Below are positions 1 through 7,188 of a stretch of 64,000 nt of DNA, one piece after another. Origin of the DNA: a virus; the IMG/VR virus record IMGVR_UViG_3300045988_126112, positions 32,001 to 96,000 of that record, one strand, 5' to 3'. Each line of letters begins with the position of its first letter. The first letter of the stretch is position 1. The position numbers and the translations under genes are program-made. The notes under the pieces are model-generated. The model did not search any database and was not told the DNA's origin. It saw only the letters and a program-made list of their open reading frames with translations.

Positions 1-3
1 GAA

Positions 4-468
4 ATGATAGATTATGCATTCGAATCAGCAGATAATAGAAAGAGCATGGAAAAAGATATGAATGATTATCTTAAACTTGTAGCCATGCATTTATCAATTA
101 TGGAAATTGAAAGTAATTTCAATAATTCTGTAATATGTAAAAATCCAACCACATTAGATATTGGACTAATGCAAGTTAATACTTCTGTAGTGGGATATAT
201 AAGAAAAGGATTAAAAGACCAATCTCTTAATCCTTATAATTTAAAAGATAATGTTGAGATGGGTAGCTATGAGCTTTATACTTGTTATAAGAAAGCTAAG
301 AAAAAACATCCATCTAATATATTATGGTATACATATGCATACTATAATAGAGGATTATACTTTGAAAAGTATAGTTGGGATTATGATCAAACAAATAAAA
401 GAAGTATGAAATTTATAAAAGCTTTTAATAAATACTATAAACGTATGTTTAAAGGAGGAGTAATATAA
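4..468 (+). CDS. Lytic transglycosylase (SLT-domain) protein; possibly 5'-truncated by the window edge
   Basis: Translation carries the three SLT motifs in order: EIESNF (catalytic Glu-Ser), GLMQVN, AYYNRG. The frame is open back to nt 1. Confidence 0.75.
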   Translation: MIDYAFESADNRKSMEKDMNDYLKLVAMHLSIMEIESNFNNSVICKNPTTLDIGLMQVNTSVVGYIRKGLKDQSLNPYNLKDNVEMGSYELYTCYKKAKKKHPSNILWYTYAYYNRGLYFEKYSWDYDQTNKRSMKFIKAFNKYYKRMFKGGVI

Positions 469-644
469 TGATGGATATAAGATTTATGATAGAATATATT
501 AATAGAATACATAAAGCAATTGGAAAAGAAATATTTACATATGTGGACAGAAGTGATTTCTATTTTATAAAGAAAGGTGAAGAAAAGATAGCAGTAGTTG
601 ATTTTATCATATATCATGATAGAATCAAAAAATTACTTGGTTAA
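468..644 (+). CDS. Hypothetical small protein (58 aa), below the ORF-track cutoff
   Basis: AAAGGAGGAG lies 8 nt upstream. The ATG overlaps the upstream stop (TAATG). Translation MMDIRFMIEYINRIHKAIGKEIF...; better supported than antisense ORF 435..617. Confidence 0.6.
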   Translation: MMDIRFMIEYINRIHKAIGKEIFTYVDRSDFYFIKKGEEKIAVVDFIIYHDRIKKLLG

Positions 645-768
645 TGAATTCTATAGTAATATAGTATAGAATTGTAATAAAAATAATAAATTGAAGGTAT
701 GTATTATATAAAATTTAATCAAGACAGTAACAAATTAATATAAATAAATTTTTAGGAGGTATACTTAT

Positions 769-1098
769 ATGAAAAAAGTATTAGTAATTTTAAATGAACA
801 ACACAAATTAATGGAATCACAAGAAGCATTATTAAATGACAGATTTAAAGACAACTGGAGAATATTACCAATACCACAAAATGGAATGACAAAACAACAA
901 CAAGATGAAGCTTTAAGAGACATCAAAGGACATGTTGTAGTATTTGCATCACCTATTCCATATTTACTTGGTAAAGCTGTAGCTCAAGGTGAAACAACTT
1001 TAGTATTACATAATGACCTTAGAGATAAAAAAGAATTGCCAAATGGTAAAATCATCTCAGTAGTTGCAAAAGAAGGATGGGAACTTTTAGAAATATAG
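769..1098 (+). CDS. Hypothetical protein (109 aa)
   Basis: TAGGAGGT SD 8 nt upstream; followed by a terminator at 1124..1160. Confidence 0.8.
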   Translation: MKKVLVILNEQHKLMESQEALLNDRFKDNWRILPIPQNGMTKQQQDEALRDIKGHVVVFASPIPYLLGKAVAQGETTLVLHNDLRDKKELPNGKIISVVAKEGWELLEI

Positions 1099-1123
1099 AA
1101 AGGAGATAACTTAGCTAATCTTT

Positions 1124-1160
1124 AAAGGTAGTGGAGAAATCCCTACCTTTATTTTTTTTT
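1124..1160 (+). terminator. Intrinsic terminator
   Basis: AAAGGTAGTGG-AGAAAT-CCCTACCTTT followed by a T-run. Confidence 0.8.
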
Positions 1161-1170
1161 CTATGTTACT
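1157..1170 (+). repeat. Conserved 14-mer TTTTCTATGTTACT (copy 1 of 5), function unknown
   Basis: Exact 14-mer directly after a terminator T-run. Confidence 0.8.
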
Positions 1171-1192
1171 GTGTAAAACTCACTTATTTTGA

Positions 1193-1210
1193 TTATATAT
1201 TATATAAGTG
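1193..1210 (+). promoter_or_regulatory. Class-A phage promoter-like motif (T[TC]ATATATTATA-N3-RTG)
   Basis: TTATATATTATATAAGTG, 41 nt before the ATG at 1251. Confidence 0.55.
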
Positions 1211-1250
1211 TCATAATATAATATATATAAATTTAAGGAGGTAAAATATT

Positions 1251-1496
1251 ATGAAAAAATTAGAAATAGTAAAATTAATGTTAAAGAATAATTATAAATT
1301 TGCTGGAGAAGTATCTGGAGATACAGTAAATGAAAATGCAAAGTATGCGGATTGTGCATACTACGATAAATATCTTACTTTTAAGAAAGATGGAGAAACA
1401 TTATTTATAAATTCTTATAAAGGAGCATTAGGAAGAAGAATAATTAGAATATTTGAAAACGGTAGCTATAGAACATACGCTACTGATTTACTATAA
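1251..1496 (+). CDS. Hypothetical protein (81 aa)
   Basis: AAGGAGGT SD; preceded by a class-A promoter-like motif and followed by a terminator at 1499..1528. Confidence 0.8.
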   Translation: MKKLEIVKLMLKNNYKFAGEVSGDTVNENAKYADCAYYDKYLTFKKDGETLFINSYKGALGRRIIRIFENGSYRTYATDLL

Positions 1497-1498
1497 TA

Positions 1499-1528
1499 AA
1501 TAGGGTCGAAAGACCCTATTTATTTTTT
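1499..1528 (+). terminator. Intrinsic terminator
   Basis: AATAGGGTC-GAAA-GACCCTATT followed by TATTTTTT. Confidence 0.8.
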
Positions 1529-1547
1529 GCTTATTTCTGTTTATAAT

Positions 1548-1560
1548 AACATACTATTAA
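1548..1560 (+). promoter_or_regulatory. Class-L (AACA-type) promoter-like motif
   Basis: AACATACTATTAA, 35 nt before the ATG at 1583. Confidence 0.3.
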
Positions 1561-1582
1561 TTCAAGAAAGGAGGTAACTTAT

Positions 1583-2764
1583 ATGACTGCTAAAAAAGGT
1601 GATGTCATACTTAAACAGATATACCCTAAAGTAAGTAATAAGATTAAGAATAATCAAAGTAAATATAAACAATGTCTTGCTAGATTTGTAGATAAACGTT
1701 CTACAGAATTATATGATATTGCTCCATGTGATAGAATATATTTTGGTATAGAAGACTTGGAAGATTATTATAAATCTACTGGAATAAATGAAAAAGAAGT
1801 TGAATCAGCTTTATCAAATACTTACTATGCTGATATAGGAAACTTTAATCCAAGAGCTGCTAAAGACCCTTTTACTATAGCACAATTATGTGTCGTACGT
1901 TATTATTTTTTGCAAAAGAAACAAAAAGAATTAGAAGTATCTTGTATATATTTAGCATTTTCTGGAAAGTTTTATCCATCAATACATCATGGGTCTTTCC
2001 CAAAAGTTCAGCCATCTGAATATAGACACGTGATGGAATATGTAATAAACAATGAGCTATCTAATAAGTATGATATAAAATCACAAGGAAGTGTATTTAA
2101 AGCTGTACTTAGTATTTGTAATACTTGGATAAAAACATATGATGATAGATTTAAATCTTTTGAAGATGAAGATTGTGTTTATCTTATACAACAACTTCAT
2201 GATAGAATTAAATCATTTATGAAGAATATAGCTGAAATATATTATAGAGTATATGCTGATAAAGACAAATATTTAGCTTATAGTAGTGATAATCTAAGTG
2301 ATGATAATTATAGAATAGCTGATAATGATTCTTTAAGAATTGAAAGATGTGTTGAAAATACAATGAGCTATATAAATAATACATCAGTAGATTATAAGTT
2401 ATGTAAAATGACTTCAGACAGTAACGTAAAAACAGATGAAGTCAAAAGTATAATAGAAAGTATATTAAACAATAATGATAATGTACCAGAAATAAAAGAG
2501 CTGGTAAGAATTATAATAGCTGAGTATTTTGTAAATTCAAAAACTAAAGATGTAAGGGATATAGATTTCATTACGAAATCTATTACACCAAAACCTAATA
2601 CAAAAAATACAAATATACTTAGGGAAAAACAAATAATTGAAGGATGGTTATGCGAAAATAGTAGTGCTTATATGAGAAGACGTAGCAGAGAAGCTACAAA
2701 AAACAGTTACTTTAAATCAGTACTTACATATTTCGTATTACTAATTCATAATTCTAATAAATAA
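1583..2764 (+). CDS. Hypothetical protein (393 aa)
   Basis: AAAGGAGGT SD; long ORF with no recognisable motif. Confidence 0.85.
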   Translation: MTAKKGDVILKQIYPKVSNKIKNNQSKYKQCLARFVDKRSTELYDIAPCDRIYFGIEDLEDYYKSTGINEKEVESALSNTYYADIGNFNPRAAKDPFTIAQLCVVRYYFLQKKQKELEVSCIYLAFSGKFYPSIHHGSFPKVQPSEYRHVMEYVINNELSNKYDIKSQGSVFKAVLSICNTWIKTYDDRFKSFEDEDCVYLIQQLHDRIKSFMKNIAEIYYRVYADKDKYLAYSSDNLSDDNYRIADNDSLRIERCVENTMSYINNTSVDYKLCKMTSDSNVKTDEVKSIIESILNNNDNVPEIKELVRIIIAEYFVNSKTKDVRDIDFITKSITPKPNTKNTNILREKQIIEGWLCENSSAYMRRRSREATKNSYFKSVLTYFVLLIHNSNK

Positions 2765-2778
2765 TGGAGGGATATATT

Positions 2779-3369
2779 ATGGAAGAAAGATTAAAAAACA
2801 ACTTATTCAAATTCGATTCTATGGGAAAAATAGAATGCAACAAACTTGTTAATGTAGAATGTAGTAATGATAAGGTAATCATTACTAATAACAATAACCT
2901 TACTAAAGGTTTAAGATTTTATGAAACAGTAAATGACGTTGCTGTGTGTGAAATTATAGATAAACTTGTAGTTGAACCAAACTTAATATCTATCTATAAA
3001 GATGGTGAGCTTTCTAGAAGTTTAGATTTAAATAACATGGAAACTCTAGAATTGGATGCTATAGAAAATACAGATGATAATAGCACAGAAATAACTTGCT
3101 CTTATACTTTAACTAAAGAAGCTATAGAAAGAACTGAACAAGAAAGAGAAACTGAACCAGAAAGTGAAGAAATTGAAGTTCATATAAATCAAATACTACC
3201 TAATTATATGGAACATTTAAACACTTTCTTAAACTTACAAATAATAGAATATAATAAATTATTACTATCTCTTCTTAATCCTAATTTAAAAGTAGAAGGA
3301 TTACTTGATAGTATAACTATATTACCACAAGATGTTACTATAGAAGATTTAAATAAAGAAGAAAAATAA
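2779..3369 (+). CDS. Hypothetical acidic protein (196 aa from the second ATG)
   Basis: GGAGGG lies 7 nt before the ATG at 2779. The track start 2764 sits inside the SD. Confidence 0.75.
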   Translation: MEERLKNNLFKFDSMGKIECNKLVNVECSNDKVIITNNNNLTKGLRFYETVNDVAVCEIIDKLVVEPNLISIYKDGELSRSLDLNNMETLELDAIENTDDNSTEITCSYTLTKEAIERTEQERETEPESEEIEVHINQILPNYMEHLNTFLNLQIIEYNKLLLSLLNPNLKVEGLLDSITILPQDVTIEDLNKEEK

Positions 3370-3392
3370 TTTCATTAAGGAGGATTTATATT

Positions 3393-3935
3393 ATGATAAA
3401 CAATTCATTATTTACAAGTAAAGACCAAACATGGGAAACACCACAAGATTTATTTGACACTTTAAATAACGTATTCAATTTTGAAGTAGACGTATGTGCA
3501 GTTCCTGAAACTGCTAAGTGTAGTTATTTTTATACACCTGAAATAGATGGTTTATCTCAAACTTGGGATAATACATGTTGGATGAATCCTCCTTATGGAA
3601 GAGAACAAGTTAAATGGATAGAAAAAGCATACAGAGAAAGTTTAAAAACTGGCACTACTGTTGTATGTTTAATACCTGCTAGACCTGATACAAAGGTCTG
3701 GCAGAATATTATATTTCCAAATGCATCAAACATATGTTTCTTAAAAGGAAGACTTAAGTTTGGAAACTCAAAGGACTCAGCTCCTTTTCCATCAGCATTA
3801 ATAGTATTTGGAGATGTTAATCAACAACAATTAGAAGTATTAAACCAATTAGGATATTCAGTTAATGTACTACCTACAGATAGAGTTGTGATACATTATC
3901 ACTATGAACATCCAGGTGGAATAAGATTTTTTTAG
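3393..3935 (+). CDS. Phage-type DNA N6-adenine methyltransferase
   Basis: N-terminal DQTWETPQDLFDTLNNVFNFEVDVCA, then catalytic WMNPPYG, then VVCLIPARPDTKVW. This matches the layout of the phage N6A-MTase family. AAGGAGGA SD. Confidence 0.8.
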   Translation: MINNSLFTSKDQTWETPQDLFDTLNNVFNFEVDVCAVPETAKCSYFYTPEIDGLSQTWDNTCWMNPPYGREQVKWIEKAYRESLKTGTTVVCLIPARPDTKVWQNIIFPNASNICFLKGRLKFGNSKDSAPFPSALIVFGDVNQQQLEVLNQLGYSVNVLPTDRVVIHYHYEHPGGIRFF

Positions 3936-3947
3936 GAGGAAAATAAT

Positions 3948-5120
3948 ATGCATGAAATTATATTGATATTAAATTATGATAAAGACGTTAATAAAGAAAA
4001 ATTAGATCAAGTTATAAGAGAGCAAGTTTATAGTAATTATAATAAACTGTATACGAATACTGGTAAAAATAATTTACATGACTTTATTAAGCAAATAATG
4101 ATAAATGTAGTTGGAGATACATTAGTATTTCCAGATTTTATATTAACACAAGAAGATTTACAAGCATTTTATACTGTAATGAGTGGTGAGTATACTGTAA
4201 ATATTATTCAATTTATAAATAATTGGAATAAAGATAAATTAACTGCAAAAGAATATAATGATAGTGTATTCTATGCTGCTCAATATTGTGATTCAATATA
4301 TCTAGTAAATGAAGCTACAGGATTCTATAAAAATTATAGTGACCATCTTTTAGAAGCTAGATACTTATTAGATATATTATCAAATAATTTAAAACACAAT
4401 TCTAGAGTTCATGATTCAGATAAAGTATTCGATAAAGATATTAATGAATGCTATGAAAAATATTACCCTGAACTTAAGAAAATACCTTATTATGATAAAG
4501 ATGGTAATAGAAATAAAGAATATTTAGATTATGAAGATAAGTATATGAGAGAAGCTATGAGTAAACATGTTATAATTAACTCTCATCATTACTATGATTG
4601 GAAAAATAGTAGCTCAGCAACATTACTAGATTTACTTGAAGCTGTAATTGATGTATATTCTTCTATAATTATAAATACTGAAGAACCTTTAGAATTAGAA
4701 AGATTTATTGACATAGTTAAGAAAAAAGGTATGCTAATAGATATAGAAGATATGATAGCTAATACTATAAGAGAATTAGGATATAAAACTAATGAATCTT
4801 ACTTTATTAGATATAATAGATCTAAACATATAGAAAAAAGAGTGATAGATAATGATGATTATAAACATCTTAGAGGTAAAGAAGCTCTTGATTGGATAAA
4901 AGCAAAGAATGATTATTATTATGAAAACTTTGTTAAATGCTTTATATCTAATATACAATTAATTACATTTACATTTTTTGATGAAAAAACTGGAATGTTT
5001 GTTAATGAAGACCTTAAGAGTATGAATTTTTATTTCGACTTATATTATAATGAAGATGAAAATGATATTAAACTTTTTGCTACTCCGATAGATGATAGTT
5101 TGGATAGAATATTAATATAG
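3948..5120 (+). CDS. Hypothetical protein (390 aa)
   Basis: TAGGAGGA SD; long ORF with no motif recognised. Confidence 0.85.
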   Translation: MHEIILILNYDKDVNKEKLDQVIREQVYSNYNKLYTNTGKNNLHDFIKQIMINVVGDTLVFPDFILTQEDLQAFYTVMSGEYTVNIIQFINNWNKDKLTAKEYNDSVFYAAQYCDSIYLVNEATGFYKNYSDHLLEARYLLDILSNNLKHNSRVHDSDKVFDKDINECYEKYYPELKKIPYYDKDGNRNKEYLDYEDKYMREAMSKHVIINSHHYYDWKNSSSATLLDLLEAVIDVYSSIIINTEEPLELERFIDIVKKKGMLIDIEDMIANTIRELGYKTNESYFIRYNRSKHIEKRVIDNDDYKHLRGKEALDWIKAKNDYYYENFVKCFISNIQLITFTFFDEKTGMFVNEDLKSMNFYFDLYYNEDENDIKLFATPIDDSLDRILI

Positions 5121-5133
5121 GGGGAATAGATAA

Positions 5134-5400
5134 ATGAAAACAAGATTTATTTTTGATAAAAGTAAAAATGTTTGTCCTAAAGAAGTAGAAATAGATTTAG
5201 ATGAGGAAAATATAATACAAAATGTAGAATTTACAGGAGGTTGCTCTGGAAATCTAAAAATGATTTGTAAAATGATACAGGGTAAATCCAGTAAAGAGGT
5301 AATTGAATTATTTAAAGGAAATACTTGTGGAAATAAAGATACATCTTGTTGCAATGAATTAGCAGAAATACTAAAGTTAATAACTGAGGAAGGTGAATAA
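5134..5400 (+). CDS. TSCPD-domain 4-Cys small protein (TIGR03905-like)
   Basis: Pattern C-x..-FTGGCSGN-...-GNTCGNKDTSCCNELA matches the GGCxGN ... CG.k.TSC signature of the small TSCPD family. Confidence 0.65.
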   Translation: MKTRFIFDKSKNVCPKEVEIDLDEENIIQNVEFTGGCSGNLKMICKMIQGKSSKEVIELFKGNTCGNKDTSCCNELAEILKLITEEGE

Positions 5401-5402
5401 AG

Positions 5403-6140
5403 ATGGCTAAAGATATGAATAATAAATTAAGAGCTGAATGTGAGCAATTAATTTATAAAGTATTCGATGCCTTAGATCCTAGCAAAACTAATTCAGATTT
5501 CTATAAAGAGAAATTTTCTAAAATGAGTAATGACCAATTTAAGAAATTTATCTCTTTAAGATTTCCATATAGATTATATTTAACTCCTTTTAAAATAGAA
5601 CCAGGAATACCAGAAGCAGAAAAAGCATTGAAAATTCTTGGTGTACCTATGTTAGAAAAGGTTGCATTACCTTACTTATATCAAGATAAAGATGGTAATC
5701 CAGTTACAAGTAAAGAATGTATGGTTGGGTATATGCATATAAAAAAGGTTCAACAATTCGTTACTAAAAAGAATGCAATGTCTGTAGATATATCTCAAAG
5801 AGATATGAAATCTGGTCTTTTACTTAGTCATGATAAAAATGGTAAAGAATCAGATAGAGAATTTGAATCTTTAACAATATATGGATTAAACAATACAATG
5901 AAAGAGTTTGGTACTGTACGTGCCGATGCTATGGATGCTAAGAACTTAGCATATAATAATATAAATACAGTTGGTAGTTTATCTTTAAAAGAATTAGACA
6001 TAGATGATAAAGATTTATTATCTAAAAATATGATGAATGTATATCTTCTTGGTGCATTAATATATTCTGATGTAATAAATGAAGATTACTATTTACCATA
6101 TACATTAGATAATAAGAAGAAAGAATTAGAAAGAAAATAG
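5403..6140 (+). CDS. Multisubunit RNA polymerase beta-like subunit, stand-alone C-terminal fragment (second beta paralog)
   Basis: PEAEKALKILGVP...LYQDKDGNPVTSKECMVGYMHIKKVQQFVTKKNAMS...DREFESLTIYGL aligns by eye to bacterial beta (...LYDGRTGE...[23 protein letters not shown]...GGQRFGEMEVWALEAYG). It also aligns to the equivalent segment of ORF 11093..13294 (LECGEQYIWRLKQYAEEKFSTVS...VRFGDMETGNM). The GDK..RxGxKGV motif is absent. Confidence 0.55.
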   Translation: MAKDMNNKLRAECEQLIYKVFDALDPSKTNSDFYKEKFSKMSNDQFKKFISLRFPYRLYLTPFKIEPGIPEAEKALKILGVPMLEKVALPYLYQDKDGNPVTSKECMVGYMHIKKVQQFVTKKNAMSVDISQRDMKSGLLLSHDKNGKESDREFESLTIYGLNNTMKEFGTVRADAMDAKNLAYNNINTVGSLSLKELDIDDKDLLSKNMMNVYLLGALIYSDVINEDYYLPYTLDNKKKELERK

Positions 6141-6152
6141 GAGGTGTTTCTA

Positions 6153-6290
6153 ATGACTGAACAATATGGAGTTATAAATGAAGTTGGTGATTTAGGTTTA
6201 GGTTTTACTCCTCTAAGTGAATCTGAACAAAAACAACTTAAAGAAGAAGACAAAAAGAAAAAAGATAAGAAAGATAAAGAAGAAGAATAA
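6153..6290 (+). CDS. Hypothetical small protein (45 aa) with a K/E-rich tail, below the track cutoff
   Basis: TAGGAGGTG SD 7 nt upstream. Translation MTEQYGVINEVGDLGLGFTPLSESEQKQLKEEDKKKKDKKDKEEE; terminator immediately downstream. Confidence 0.6.
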   Translation: MTEQYGVINEVGDLGLGFTPLSESEQKQLKEEDKKKKDKKDKEEE

Positions 6291-6300
6291 TATATAAAAT

Positions 6301-6333
6301 CCTCAGTAGAAATACTGAGGGTTTTTATTTTTT
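6301..6333 (+). terminator. Intrinsic terminator
   Basis: CCTCAGTA-GAAA-TACTGAGG followed by GTTTTTATTTTTT. Confidence 0.8.
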
Positions 6334-6348
6334 AGGAGGATGAGTAAT

Positions 6349-6756
6349 ATGCAATGGAATTATAGAGTTAAAAGATTACTAAAAGCTGGTGAATATAATA
6401 GAAATGGATATATAGTAGATAAAGAAAGTCTAAATAAACATTTAGATACATTAATAAAATATGGCGTTTTACATGTATTAGAACCATTTGAAAATGATGA
6501 AGAAAAGATATTTAAAAATTTAGTTACAGTACCTTTAGAAAAAATAATAGGTAGTGTTTGTGGTTATGATGATGATTATTTTTATTTAAATGATATAATC
6601 AATCCAAAATATGAAGATTGTTTAGATGAATTTTCATGTGAAATGGCTTTACTTATAGATCCAAAGAATGATTATACAAATGAAGATGGGATATTAGTAC
6701 GTAAAGTACATAGAGTATTACAATTAAGATTAATTAAAAATATAGGAGGAAAATAA
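6349..6756 (+). CDS. Hypothetical protein, tandem paralog 1
   Basis: TAGGAGGA lies 9 nt before the ATG at 6349 (track start 6340 abuts the SD). The N-terminus (YRVKRLLKAGEYNRNGYIVDKESLNK) is similar to the next ORF. Confidence 0.8.
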   Translation: MQWNYRVKRLLKAGEYNRNGYIVDKESLNKHLDTLIKYGVLHVLEPFENDEEKIFKNLVTVPLEKIIGSVCGYDDDYFYLNDIINPKYEDCLDEFSCEMALLIDPKNDYTNEDGILVRKVHRVLQLRLIKNIGGK

Positions 6757-6757
6757 A

Positions 6758-7159
6758 ATGAGTGAATTTAAAATCAAAAGATTTTGTGAAGCAGGAAAGA
6801 AAAATGCTAATGGCTATATATTTGAAGTAGAAAGTACTAATAAATGTATAGCTGACTTCTTAGGGGAAGACTTAGTATATGTAGAAAATAAATATGATTC
6901 AGATGGTTTTGCTTTATCAAAACCAATAGAAAAAATAGGAAAATTATCAGGCTTCGACAATGAATATATTTACTGTGATAATTTAAAAGAAGAATATAGA
7001 GATAGAATTGATGATTTAGTAGCAGGATTAATAATTAATGTAGAAGCAGATGAAAACTTCAAAATCTGTGAAGGTGTAGATGCAATAGTAGTTATACCTA
7101 ATAAACTTATAGGTATAAGAGTATGGGACAAAAATAAAAAAGATGTAACAATAAATTAA
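6758..7159 (+). CDS. Hypothetical protein, tandem paralog 2
   Basis: TAGGAGGA SD. FKIKRFCEAGKKNANGYIFEVESTNK parallels the previous ORF, and both share a ...GxDxxYxY.. block. Confidence 0.8.
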   Translation: MSEFKIKRFCEAGKKNANGYIFEVESTNKCIADFLGEDLVYVENKYDSDGFALSKPIEKIGKLSGFDNEYIYCDNLKEEYRDRIDDLVAGLIINVEADENFKICEGVDAIVVIPNKLIGIRVWDKNKKDVTIN

Positions 7160-7188
7160 ATCATTTAAAAACTAGGAGGTAGATATTT

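Larger units (their letters stand above)
1149..1252 (+). repeat. ~100-bp intergenic cassette, family 1, copy 1
   Basis: T-run, CTATGTTACTGTGTAAAACTCA, ~10 nt, GATTATATATTATATAAGTGT, ATAATATAATATATATAAATT, AAGGAGGTAAA-ATATTATG. About 88% identical by eye to 32925..33028. Confidence 0.8.

Noticed and set aside
2237-2246. Exact ATATATTATA cores inside coding sequence (2237-2246, 49334-49343, 63983-63992) and 9/10 matches elsewhere (for example 17544 in the beta N-half gene).
   Set aside because: They lack the conserved T[TC] 5' flank and the N3-RTG 3' element, are all in the context AAATATATTATAGA, and are not followed by an SD and start codon. I treated them as chance occurrences. A computational scan is needed to confirm the count.
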